DNA from: Salpingoeca rosetta | Taxonomy: Eukaryota; Protista; Choanoflagellata | DNA: 64,000 nt | Direction: 5' to 3' | NCBI GenBank assembly: GCA_033442325.1 | Contig: JAWQFM010000020.1 | Location: forward strand, 1,125,446 to 1,189,445 | Shown: positions 39,821 through 61,602 of the stretch, piece after piece | Layout of the letters: the number at the start of each line of letters is the position of its first letter | Numbering within the stretch: the first letter of the stretch is position 1 | Notes under the pieces: model-generated | Database searches by the model: none | Told to the model about the DNA's origin: nothing | What the model saw: the letters and a program-made list of their open reading frames with translations, nothing else | Position numbers and translations under genes: made by a program

Positions 39821-40912
39821 CTACACCTCGTGCTCCTCCTCCAGTGTGTATGCGGCAAACGCCGGATTTGTCGCCTGCATCTGCAGCTGTGCGCGCCGTC
39901 GCCTCCGCGCAACCGTCGTCGCAGCGGCAGCAGCGCCGGATACAGACATGTCCGTCTCCCGGCGGTCGCGCGCGTATGTGTGCAGCCGCGGCCGCAATCT
40001 CGCCGTCTCGGCCTCCAGCTGGCCACGTGCAGACTCGATTTTGTCCAGCAGTTCGCGTGTTGTTGTCTCCATGCGCATCATCTCTGGGGACCACTGCCGC
40101 CGCTCCACCTGCGACCGCTCCTCCGCTGCCCACATCAGATCTCCAATCCACTCACCGAGCACCCGCACCAGGTCCATGCGGCCCCGCGCGTGCCGTTTCC
40201 CGTCCTCCCCCGCGTCCTCAATCGTCCCGCCAGCAACAGACACCCACCCGTCGCGCGTTGTCGACAGCTTCCCCACTGCCGGCGCCACGGGGGTGTCCTG
40301 TCCAAACGCGTGCAGCAGCGCGCTTGCTCCGCGTTCGCTTGCGCGCCAGTACCGCTGCAGGTTGAGGCCTTCCTCTTCCTCGCCCTCGTCCTCCCTGCCC
40401 GCGCCCCACGCCCGCGTCTCAAGGAACTCCACGCAGCTGCGCATGTGCTCCTCCGTGATGCCGGCCGGGTCCGCCGGCAGAAACAGCCCGTGGAACTGGA
40501 AGATGCTCGCCAGGGTGTCGCGCGCGCGCACGCCGGACGCAATGTGATTGCCGTCAGGGTACAGCTCCAGGTTGAAGTCGCAGAACCGCTTGATCGCGCT
40601 GTCGCCCTCTGGCACGGCGGTGGTCGTGTTGTTTGCACTTACCGCACTCAACCCACCCTTCTTGGTGACACCGTTGCCAGTCTCCTTTCTGGAGGAGCCA
40701 TTCTTCGCTGTGCCTTGGCAGCTGCTGCCTCTGGCATCGCCGCCACTCGCGACCACGTCTTCAACAGCATTGGCGTCGTGTCGCTGTAGGCGTGCACGGC
40801 GGTGCTCGCAACCAGATGATGACACCGAGGAAGGCGCTTCCGATGATGGCGATGGTGACGATGATGTTGGTGATGGAGAGGCCGATGCCTTGGCTCCAGG
40901 GCCATCATGGCG

Positions 40913-40958
<46 letters not shown>

Positions 40959-41795
40959 GCATCGTCGGCGCTGTCGTCGCTGTCGTCACTGCTCTGACTG
41001 TTCTCATCCTCGCTGTCATCGCTGACGATGGTGGTCGTGGTGGCGGTAGTTGGTGTTCGCCCCAGCACTGGTTTGCCCAGCACCCTCACATCGCTCTCTC
41101 CACCCTCGAGTGTCTTCGTCTCCATGATGCCAGTGCCGGTGTCGTCACAGGGCACATCACCTCCCCCGCTGGAGACGAGCAGCGGCAGGACTGCAATGCG
41201 CCGCGACCGCTGCTGCTGCAGTGCCAGCTCCATCTCCGTCAGGAAGTTGTCGGGCGTGTGCTTGAATGTCCCCTCCCGCACCTCTGCCAGGGATTCGTGC
41301 GACAGCAGCGGGAGGTACGCGCAGGAGCGCATGAGCCCTTTCCTGAACCGCTGCCGCCAGTCGTCGCCCTCGCGAATGTCCTGTCGGTCCAGGAAGCACA
41401 CGACGCGGTGGCCCGTGGTGAGGAACAGCCGCTGCAGCCGCGAGCACAGCTCCTGCGCCAGCTCGTCGTGCACATCGCGCCGGTAGCTGATGAAGAAGTG
41501 GAACGTCTTTCGCTTTGCGTAGCGCTTGCGGTACACGTGGTACAGCCAGGCGAGGGCACCCACGAGCAGCAGCACGAGCAGCACCACCAGCACCGCCGCC
41601 GTCTGGCCGGGGGTGAGGGTCCTGCTTGCCGAGTCAGCGCTTGAGCGCGTGGTGCACGCCAGGCGGCCCGTGGAGAGGCGGTGCAACACAGGGTACGGGG
41701 AGACCGGGTCACACGACAGGCAGTCTGTGGCGTTGCACGTGAGGCAGTTGCTGCCAGCCGGGCACTGATCGCATCGCCCTCCAGTTGTCAGCACA

Positions 41796-41887
<92 letters not shown>

Positions 41888-44602
41888 CAAGGAGACGGCG
41901 CGGGATCCACGGGGACACACGCGCAGGCAGGAGGAGCGGTTGACAGAGACGAATAGACCAGCCTCACACCGCGAACACATGTCCGCACTCACATCGCACG
42001 AGATGCAGTGCTGCGCTGCGCAGCTGCGGCATACCCCGCCAATGCCAGACGGGCCGGCGGAGGCGTGGAAGCCGAGCGGGCACGCGGGCACGCAGCGGCC
42101 ATCGAGCAGAAGGAAGCCGTTCTGGCACACGCGGCACTCGTCGTCGACGCGGCACACGCGGCAGTTGGGCTCCAGACACGGCCGGCACACGCGCGAGATG
42201 GTGGCGTTGGTGCTGGCGATGGTGGCGGTCGTCGCGTTGGTGGCGGTGCTGGCAGGTGCAGATGTTGTCAGCAGTGCGGCCGCCGTTGCAGCTGTCGTTG
42301 TTGTTGTGGTGGTTGTGGTTGTTGTGGTGGTTGTTGTGGTGGTTGTGGTTGTCGTGCTTGCGATGGACATGGATACGTCAAGCACATCTGGGACGCGACC
42401 GTCGGTGGCGTCGCACACGGACCGGTCGACGCAGCGCCCGCTGAGCAGATATGCCGCTGCTGCATCCGGGGAGCAGCGCGTGCACACGTCGCTCTCGCAC
42501 TCGATACAGTTCACCTCCGTGCACGGGCGACACACTCCGCCACGAACGCCAATCGTGCGCGTCCCGAGCGCGTGTGTCCCTGGCGGGCATGTGTGTATGC
42601 ATGCGTCGTTGTGGAGGAAGAGGCCTGGTTCGCACGCCTCGCACGTGCTGGCACTGGTGCAGCTCTCGCAGCCGTCGCTGGCACACGGCGTGCACACGAG
42701 GCCGCCCGCAGCCGTTGCAGCGAACGTGCGGGCCGGGCAGCGGGCGACACACGCGCCATTGTGGAGGACAGACCCTGATGCACAGGCGGTGCAGATGCTG
42801 GCGGACACGGGGCAGGCGAGGCAGGCGGAGTCGATGCAGGGCTGGCAGGTGCCGTTGGTGGCAGAGTAGCCCGCAGGACACGCAGCGACACACGCGCCCT
42901 CATGGAGATAGAGGCCGGGGAAGCACTTGCGACAGTCCAAGCCGTCACTGGCAGCGTCGCACGCCTCGCATCCGGAGCTGGCACAACCTGCATCGACATG
43001 ACACGCACGAATGATAACATTGGTGTGCACACGTGAAAAGAGAGAGAGAGGGGGGGGGAGGAGTGTGATTGTGTGTGTTGGGGGGGGGAGGAGTTGTGAG
43101 GATTACAGAACGCCAATCAATGGAGGTGAAGGGGTGTCTTCTGGGAGGAGGGGGTGGGAATGGGAAGGGCACGCACGCACTTAAGCACACGCACACAATC
43201 ACACACGCACACAATTACACACGCATACACACGACACACACGCACACAATCACACACGCACACACGCGTACACACACACACACAACACACGCATACACGT
43301 AAACACACGTACACACGCATACACACACAACACACGCATACACACACAACACACGCATACACATACACACATACACACGTGAGCGAACCTCTGCAGAACG
43401 CCTGTCCGACGGTGATTGGAAACGGGGTGCTGGCCAGCTCAACGTCAACCCCGGCGAAGCGGCCGCGGAAGAGAACATTGCACGCCACGGCATCGCCCGT
43501 GTCCGCATATGTTCCTGGCGGGCAGTTGGGCAGCACAAAGTCCAGCAGCTGCGTCTGCAGGCCCTGCAAGCCGAGCTCTGCCTGGTCAAACACGTCCACG
43601 GTCTGTGCAAACTGCTGGATGAGCTGGGAGACGTTGAGACCAAGTTGGAGGCTGAGGCGCAGGATGGCCCCGCCCTCCAGCCGCTCCTGGGCCGGCGCCC
43701 ACCCGGTCAGGTCGTTGCACGACGGATAGCACGCGCGCGGTGACACACACGCGCGGTGCGAGGGGTCGTAGATGCTGGCGCCGAGGAGGGAGGTTGGGCA
43801 GGTGGGAAAGGCGGCAATGTTGTCGCGAAGTGCTGCCAGCGTCGCCTGCTGGTCCTGTGTCAAGCACGTGCAGTCGCCCACATCAACAGCAGCGAGCGGC
43901 AGCAGCACCGTCGTCCCTGTGCCCGTGGAGGCCGTCGTGGTGGCCGTCGTGGTGGCCGTCGTGGTGGCCGCGGTGGTTGGCTGCGCTGCCGTTGTGGAGG
44001 ACGTGGCATTACCAGCGCCGCCAGTGCCGGCGTGCCTGGCTGCAATGGTGGCCGTGAGCTCAGCTGTTGCGTTGCACATGATGGCGACATCCGATGCAAA
44101 CCGCGTGTCATGTGCCGCCCACGCGTGCGCGCAGCAGTCATCAACGGTGAACACGGGTCGCGCCTCGTAGGGGAGAGCAGACAGCAGCGGGGACGTGCAC
44201 GCGGTCGTGGCGTTGGCGGCAGCACTGGTGCAGTTGATGATGGTGTGCGGGAGGTGCACGATGTTGCGCCGCACAGGCAGGGCAGTGAAGGCCGTGTGGG
44301 GCAGGGAGGTGAGGGCGGTGTCCGTGAGGTTGATGGTGCGCAGCAGGCTGCTCTGCGCCAGCGCCGCAAACGGTGAGCCTGAACAGTAAACACAAACACG
44401 TGCACATGACAACGTGAACGCGTGCGTGTGTGCATGGCGTGTGGAGTGGTTGGTGAGAGGAGAGAGGACGGGAAAAAGGAGGACGGTTGAGGGGGGGGGG
44501 GAATGGAAGAAATGGGAGAAGAGGGAGGAGAGGGAGATGGGAAGAGCAAGAGGGGCAGAGGTTTACATCACACACACACACATGCCCACACACACACACA
44601 TG

Positions 44603-44669
<67 letters not shown>

Positions 44670-44769
44670 NNNNNNNNNNNNNNNNNNNNNNNNNNNNNNN
44701 NNNNNNNNNNNNNNNNNNNNNNNNNNNNNNNNNNNNNNNNNNNNNNNNNNNNNNNNNNNNNNNNNNNNN

Positions 44770-44854
<85 letters not shown>

Positions 44855-46185
44855 CGCACACACACACCGTCGAGCAAGGAGAGCGGGTTGCTGTTGAGCC
44901 TGAGGTCCTGCATGCGCGGTGCTGGGGTGATGGCGCCGCTGCGAAGAGCGGTGATGATGTTGTTCGACACATCCAGCATCTGCAGCTCCTGTACAAAGAC
45001 AAGCGCCTTGGCGGCGATGGCGGTGATGAGGTTGCGGCCCAGGTCGAGGGAGACCAGGTGCGGCAAGCGGCGCATCCATGATGCGCTCAGAACAGGCAAG
45101 CGGTTGCTGGCGAGGTTGAGCACGCGGAGGGAGGGCAGGTTGAGGGTGTCTGGCCGGATGTAGGCGATGAGGTTGAAGCTGAGGTCGAGCGTGTGCAGCT
45201 TCGGCAGGTAGAGCGGCAGGTCCTGGTTGAGGGCCGGGATGAGGTTGAAGCTGAGATCCAGCACCTCCAGCGACGTGAACCGAGCAAGGTGCTCTACGGG
45301 GATGAAGGACAGCCCCGTTCGCCACAGGTCGAGGTGGCGCGTGGTGACCGGCAGCACCTCCAGGTGCGCCAGCAGGACCTCGATGGATGGGATGTTTCTG
45401 CAGCTCACGTACCCGTTCTCCAGGCACGAGCACAGGCCGCAGTCGTCCATGAGCTCGGGAGCAAACGGCCTGCAGCGCTGTGGACACTCTGTCAACGCCG
45501 TCCGCGTTGTCAGCGGCGTCACGGTACTGCCGATGTTGCTGTCTGTGTTTGTGCTTGTGGATGTCGTGGCGGTGGTTGTCGTCGTTGTTGCTGTTGTTGT
45601 CGTGCTGGTGGTGGAGGTTGTGGCGTTCACGCTGCCATCGCCTGTGGTGGAGGTGGCGTTACCGCCGGCGCCGGCGAGCGTCTCGTAGCAGTGGGTGCAG
45701 TGCCTGCACCGCGCATCTTCGGCACAGTAGAGGTGGTCCGGGCAGTCCTGGTGGCCCGCGCACGGCAGGAGCGTGTAGCACGCCTCGCCGCACTGCAGGG
45801 CAAGGTCGAACGCCGCCACCTCTGGCAGGCTGGTGAGGTGCTCGTTGGCGCAGTCTGTGATGCACGGTTGGTGGCACACGACGCTCTCGTCGGCCTGGAG
45901 CGCCAGCACGCATTCCACAGCGCGCAGGCAGTCGCCGCCGCTCGAGCCTGTGGATGAGCAGATGCTGGTGAAGTTGCACTGGGCGCGGCACGGGTCGTCG
46001 GGGTCGCCCACACGCGCATGCACGCCACCGCCGCCGCCACTCAGCAGCAGCACCGCTACCATGGCCACTAAGGACAGGGACACGGCAACGAGTGGCGCGC
46101 GTCTGTGCACGGTGCTTCTCGACACGGCAGTGGCTGTCGCAGCAGCCACGCCATGCACACTCCACCTCCTCAGCATCTTCATCAT
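39821..46185 (-). CDS. Toll-like-architecture receptor: signal peptide, Cys-rich modules, ~8 LRRs, furin-like (CxxC) repeats, single TM, SARM1-like TIR, coiled coil. Exons 46185-44868, 44378-43389, 42987-39821 (1824 aa)
   Basis: Both introns are phase 1 with GT..AG ends (GACG|gt..cag|GCTCA and AGAG|gt..cag|GTTGT). Exon lengths 1318+990+3167=5475 nt, divisible by 3. LRRs such as SLEVLDLSFNLIPAL; TM AAVLVVLLVLLLVGALAWLY; TIR FFISYRR..FLDRQDIREGDDW..DNFLTEMELAL. Confidence 0.85.
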
Positions 46186-46399
46186 CGTGTGTTTGTGTTT
46201 CGTTTCGTGGAGAGAGTGCACACACAACAGAACAACCTGGACAGACAGGCCGAATAAGGAAGGAATTCTGCTCGTCCACTCTTCTTGTGGTGATGGGTGA
46301 TGTGACATGCCACGTGACGTGGTGCTTCTCTTCATCTCACGCTTTGTTCAGTGAGTGGTTGGTGACTTGCTGCTGCTGTGTGGGCAGTGAGTGAACGGT

Positions 46400-46526
46400 T
46401 TACTTGTTCCGCCTGAGTGCAGCCTCCACCTCTTGCAAGCGCCGGCTGCACAGCTCCTTGTTCGCGTCGTACCGCAGACACGCCCGCAGGTATCCCTTGG
46501 CCTCCTCGTACCGCCCTGCAAGTGGC

Positions 46527-46622
<96 letters not shown>

Positions 46623-47212
46623 CGTGTGTGAACGTGACGACGAACTACACGCCTGCGTGTGCGTGATAGAAAAAGTGGCTCCCTCCAATCCATCAATCTC
46701 CCTCGCCACCTCACCCAAAGCCCACCAACCGAGGTTCTTGAGTCCCGTGCCGATGTTGAGATTGAGCACGACGGGGTCGCTGCCAACAATCGGTCGCCTG
46801 CACCACCACCGTGAACGTGCACACAAGACATGGTGAAATGTGAGCATGCGAGTGTGAGCGTCGTTGACGCACAGAAGCTTAGCAGAAGCAGGAGGCTGCA
46901 GCAAGGAGAGTGGAAGACTTTCACCACACACATACTGTCACTGTGACGCTCACAAAGTGTCCGTGCCCACACTGCGATCATGCCCAACAAGCGCGCACAC
47001 ACGCACGCACACAAAGCCACACAGAAACCCTTTCTTCAAGCATTGTATGCATGAAAGCATGGAGCGCACTTGTTCCACTGCTGCAGGCCCTGCTTCCACA
47101 CGTCCACGGCCTCTGCCAGCCGGCTAGTCTGCGCAAGATGCACTCCGAGGTTGATGTACGCAGACGCTGCACAACAGCAGGTGGGGGGGGGGGGGACGGC
47201 GGAACAGGGATT

Positions 47213-47296
<84 letters not shown>

Positions 47297-47319
47297 CGGA
47301 CGGACAGACAGATAGACAG

Positions 47320-47353
<34 letters not shown>

Positions 47354-48963
47354 AGGGAGGCAGAACGATGCAGGGGACGTTGTGTTGGTCAAGTTTGGTG
47401 TGCATGCGAGCAAAGAGTCCTCCGAATCGAGCATACCATATGGCGGATAGATGTGGATTGCGGCGCGGTAGTGGTACTCTTTCTTGTCCGGATCTGGTGT
47501 CGAGTGCGCAAAGTTGTGGTTCAGCTTCGCGTTCATCGGCAACACCTGGAGTGGCGGAACGACGCGTAGGGTTGATGGTGAATGTCTTTGGGGGAGAGGT
47601 TCGTGGAGAGGGTTTCAAGGGTAGTACAAGGTGACACGTGTTCACACACAAACAAACAAACAAACAAACAAACAAACAAACAAACAAACAAACAAACAAA
47701 CAAACAAACAAACAAACAAACAAACAAACAAACAAACAAACAAACAAACAAACAAACAAACAAACAAACAAACAAACAAACAAACAAACAAACAAACAAA
47801 CAAACAAACAGACAAACACACCTACCTGCAGCCCTGTTTCGTAGAGGGTGAGGACATTCTGCCAGTCGTAATTGCGCAACCACGTGCGAGCACTCATCAG
47901 CAGCAGCACAGCAGCAACGCCAGCAAACACAGCCCTTGCCAGCGAACGCATGTGCGAGAATGTGAAATGTTAGCCATGTTGGTACATGTTCGAGGAGGGA
48001 AGAAAGACACGTTGGCTCGTTGTCACATCTTGTGAGCACTCCACAAGCATGTCCATTCCTTTCGTTGGTCACGCAGATCAACAAACAGACCGACAGCTAG
48101 GCAGACAGGCAGACAGGCAGACAGGCAGACAGACAATCAGACATACAATCAGACATACAATCAGACAGACAGTCAGACACACACACACAAACACACTCAC
48201 ACACACATTCACACACACATACACTCACACACTCACTCACTCACTCACACACACACTCTCTCTCACGCAGGAAAGTGCTGCACCTGCGGGTGAAGATGTC
48301 GTTGGTGGTTGAGGAAGCGGCGGTGGCGGTTGCGGTGCGATGGTCGTCGTCGTCATCATCATGACCGGTCGTGTAGGCGTTGAGTGCATGCGCAGTGACA
48401 GCGGCGAAGAGAAGACACGCGCCGAGACAGGGCGTGTACAGCACACGCTCGGCCACCACAAAGCCCACCTGGGGTGAGGACAACGTGTTCATGTATGCAT
48501 TGATGAGTGTACGTGATGGGTGTCATGCATTGCACATGAACATGTCACTGTCTTCCTGTAATTAAACACACAATCACAAACACTCACACACACACACACA
48601 CAAATAACATTCGCAAACAATCACACGTCCACACACACAAATAACATCCACAAACAATCACACACACACGCACACACACACACACACACGTGTCCACACC
48701 TCGAGGAGGAGGCCCGATGCCGGGATGAATGCGATGGCGGCGATGGCGACGGCCATGAGCACAACGCGGCGCAACCGGCGCGGCAGCCGCTCGTTGAACG
48801 CCGCATACACGACGCCAAGCACCTGTCCACGCAGCCAGCAAGGGGAGGGGAGGGTGGCAGGGTGGGTGAGGTTGGCGCTGGTGTTGGTGGCTGCCGTGCT
48901 GGCTTCACGCACATGATGAAACTCAAGGATCGGCACTTGTTGTGCACCACCACCACCACCACC

Positions 48964-48995
<32 letters not shown>

Positions 48996-49517
48996 CACCT
49001 TAAACAACAACAACAATAACAACTTAAACAACAACAACAACAACAACAACAACTTAAACAACAACAACAACAACAACTTAAACAACAACTTAAACAACAA
49101 CTTAAACAACAACTTAAACAACACCGTCATGCACTTCTCGCGCCTTGACCGCCAATATCACGAGCACCACTCAGCATGATGAGTAAAGGCTGACCAGAGT
49201 CGTATACATGGCTGCAGTCTGCACGTTGCGTGGGTCTGAGACGGCGGTGATGTTTGGGATACCGAAGGAGGACCAGTCGCAGCACAGCTCGGCAGGGAAC
49301 AGCAGCAGCCACGCGTGCAGGAACACATAGTAGTTCTTCGTCAGCGCTCGCAGCAGCCAGTCTGCACAGGAGAAGGGAGAGAGTGAGTTGGGGAGGAGGA
49401 TGAGCAATGCTGTGTGGGAAGGAAATCGCCAGATACTTGCAGGTGCACACACAGATGAAAGACATGCACGCACACACACACACACACACGCACACACACA
49501 CGCACGCACACACGCAC

Positions 49518-49573
<56 letters not shown>

Positions 49574-50963
49574 GCACACACACACACACACACGCACGCA
49601 CACACACACGCACGCACACACACACACGCACACACGCACACATGTCCACAGGTACAGACACTTGTGCATATGCACGCAGCGGACCGTCAATGTGGTTTGC
49701 GGGGTTTGTCTTCTCGTCCACTTTGACCTCATCACCGGAGTTGAGGCTGACGCGCCAGCCATACACGACGGCCATGGCGCCAGCAGCCACCGCCTGCAGC
49801 AGAGATGAGCAGCGGATGGCGCCAGGAAGGTGGGCATATCATGCGTGTGCGTATGCGTACGTGTGTGCTTGAACTCAGGTTCTGGCAGAGGGAGCAATGT
49901 ACGACGAAGAATCAGACAGCTCATGTTGATGCAATCACTCCCCCATTCATGCGCACAGATACACACACACAGCTGTTGTTGGACTGACCACGCGGAACAT
50001 GCTGGCCGAGAGGGACGACGAGCTGGTGGTGTTGGTCGACTTGTGCTTCTTCGCTTGCTGCTGCTGCTGCTGCTGGGGGCGGCGGAACCAGCGCAAGACG
50101 ACCAAATCGAGGTCCCCGTGATACAGCAGGTCATACACCATCACCACGGGCAGCACAGTAAAGCCTTGCTCCTTGCATAACACGGCAGTCACTGCACATG
50201 TGTGTGCATGTGTAAGTGTGTGTGTGCATGTGTGTGCATGTATGTGTGTGCATGTATGTGTGTGTGCGTGTGTGTGCATGTGTAAGTGTGTGTGTGTATG
50301 TGTGTATGTGTGTATGTGTGTATGTATGTGTGTGTGAGCACATGAAAGGATTTGTTGCACCAATAACTTGACATGCACATGAATACATGCATACATGCAC
50401 ACATGCACACATGCACACATGCACAGGCACGAAGACATGAACCGGACCTGTGAGGGCGGTGGTGGCGCCGAGTGCGAGAAAGAAGGTGAGCTGGCGCACA
50501 ACAGGTGCTGCTTGCGTCCTGGCAATGCTCATGCCTTTGGCGTACACGAGAAAGGCGAGGCACCAGAACACGCACGCCAGCAGCTCTGCCCGGCACACGA
50601 TGTTGGCGACGGCCTCCGTGTGCACGGGATGGACGGCGAACACGAGCCCGCACACGAGCGGAACCCACGATGCAAAGCCTTTGCACAGCTGGGCGGCGAC
50701 GCAGGTGACCAGCGCCGATGCCAGTGCGTGCAGCGCCGTGTTGACGACGTGGAACCAGAACGTGTCGAAGCCAAACACGGCCACGTTCCAGCGAAAGGTG
50801 ATGGTGGTCAGTGGGCGGTACGAGTAGTGCTGGGACCACGCCGCTCCCATCTCCTGGCCTGCACACGCCAGCATGAACAAGGTGCGCACACATGGCAGTT
50901 GTGACGAGAAAGAATGTTGTGTGAGAGTGCGTGTGTGTGTGTATGTGTGTGTGTGTTTATGTG

Positions 50964-50994
<31 letters not shown>

Positions 50995-51282
50995 TTGTCG
51001 CTGTACGCATGAAAAGGAGATACATGGTTGTGCACTTGTATATGGGTGTCAAATAGGACGCACCCCAGAAGTTGTTCTTGAAGAGCGACGACAGCGGTGT
51101 TTTGGAGGGGTCCACATCCGCGTTGTCAACAATGGCTGAGGCGAGCGAGCGGACGACAGAGGTTTAATTCAGTGAGCTGGCAAACAAGACAAAAAGTGCG
51201 CACGCAAAAGGCCAACACACACACACACGTACACGCACACGCACACACACACACACACTCACTTGCACACACGCACACGCAT

Positions 51283-51326
<44 letters not shown>

Positions 51327-51580
51327 CAGTCAGCACGCATTCCAGCCAGCGACAAACTGACTCACTCACCTGGCATGTCGTCAAACACAAATTCTCCGTG
51401 CAACGAGTTGAGATACACCAGAATCGCAGCCGCTGCCACCAGCGCCATGGCATGCCACAGCTTCAGCTGCGTTTGCTGGTGGTGCTTCCCATCGTGCGCC
51501 TTACCACGCGCATGCTTCTTCGCAGTGCTGCCGCCAGCATGCTTAGCACCAGCACCAGCACCACTGCCACTGCCACCCAT
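46400..51580 (-). CDS. TMTC-family protein O-mannosyltransferase (GT-C membrane domain, DUF1736, TPRs), multi-exon
   Basis: [118 protein letters not shown]. Confidence 0.93.
47648..47810. repeat. (AAAC)n microsatellite in TMTC intron (similar tracts at ~6158-6240 and ~54815-54940)
   Basis: Tetranucleotide run. Confidence 0.95.
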
Positions 51581-51615
51581 CTTTTTGTTGTCCTTCCAAA
51601 TGCTGAGCAGGGAAT

Positions 51616-51655
51616 GGCAAATTTGCCTTTGGGAAAAGGCAAATTTGCCTTTGGG
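51616..51655. repeat. Two direct copies of GGCAAATTTGCCTTTGGG, each containing the 12-bp palindrome GGCAAATTTGCC
   Basis: Copies start at 51616 and 51638 (22-bp period). Confidence 0.85.
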
Positions 51656-51698
51656 TATGTTTCGCACAGGCAGTGCTGCGGCGGTGGATAGCGGGCGG

Positions 51699-51711
51699 TT
51701 TTGGCGGGAAA
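51699..51711. promoter_or_regulatory. E2F-type site TTTTGGCGGGAAA in the TMTC/SMC1 divergent promoter
   Basis: Matches the E2F consensus (GGCGGGAAA), ~300 bp upstream of the SMC1 ATG. Confidence 0.5.
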
Positions 51712-52017
51712 TTGAACAAGCCGAAGCAGGACAAGAGAAGACGCGCCGTTTTTTTGTGTCTTGTGCTGTGGAAGGAAGGTGAGACACTGGCGGAGATGGT
51801 GGTCGTGGCGCGAAGGATATTGGTGGGGATGGGATGGGATGGGGTGGGATGGCATTGCTCTCGGTGGTGTGCCCAGCCACACGCAAACACAAGCAAACAC
51901 ATGCAAACATACGTTCACACACACACAAGCAAACCCGCGCAAGCAAACACGCGCAAGCATACGTTCATTCACACGCACACACACACACGCACACGCCAGC
52001 GCGAAACTCAGCCAGCC

Positions 52018-61027
<9,010 letters not shown>

Positions 61028-61457
61028 TGGCTGCTGACGAAGCACAGGCACACATGTGCACATACATCTGTGTGTTTGCGAGCGTGCGCGTGTTGTTTGT
61101 TGTTGTGGTTCATATTTGTTGGTGTCGCACTTTATTGTGCCGTGGGCTGATTTTATTCTTTCCGTGATGATGGTGTTGTTGCTGTTGCTTCCGTGTATCC
61201 TCTTGATTGTCGTTCACCCCCGAGCATAAAAGGCGTTGCTTTCCCTCGGCGACAGGACGAGTGGTGTGGACATCACAGACAGGCAATCGTGCAACACACT
61301 CGATACGCACATGAAACGAAACGCGCAGCAAACGCGCCTTGAATGCGTTTTTCCTTACAAGATATTCCGAATCTTCTACAATCGTCTCCTCGCTGTCATT
61401 TCCCATCCATGCAACGCAAACGCCTCCGACTGATACACACACACACACACACACACA

Positions 61458-61573
<116 letters not shown>

Positions 61574-61602
61574 AATACACACACAGCACAGCACCGCCAA
61601 CA

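Noticed and set aside
39821-43030. TIR as a bacterial anti-phage (Thoeris-like) gene or contaminant
   Set aside because: It sits in a spliced eukaryotic gene with a signal peptide, furin-like repeats and host-style microsatellite introns, between RAE1 and TMTC.
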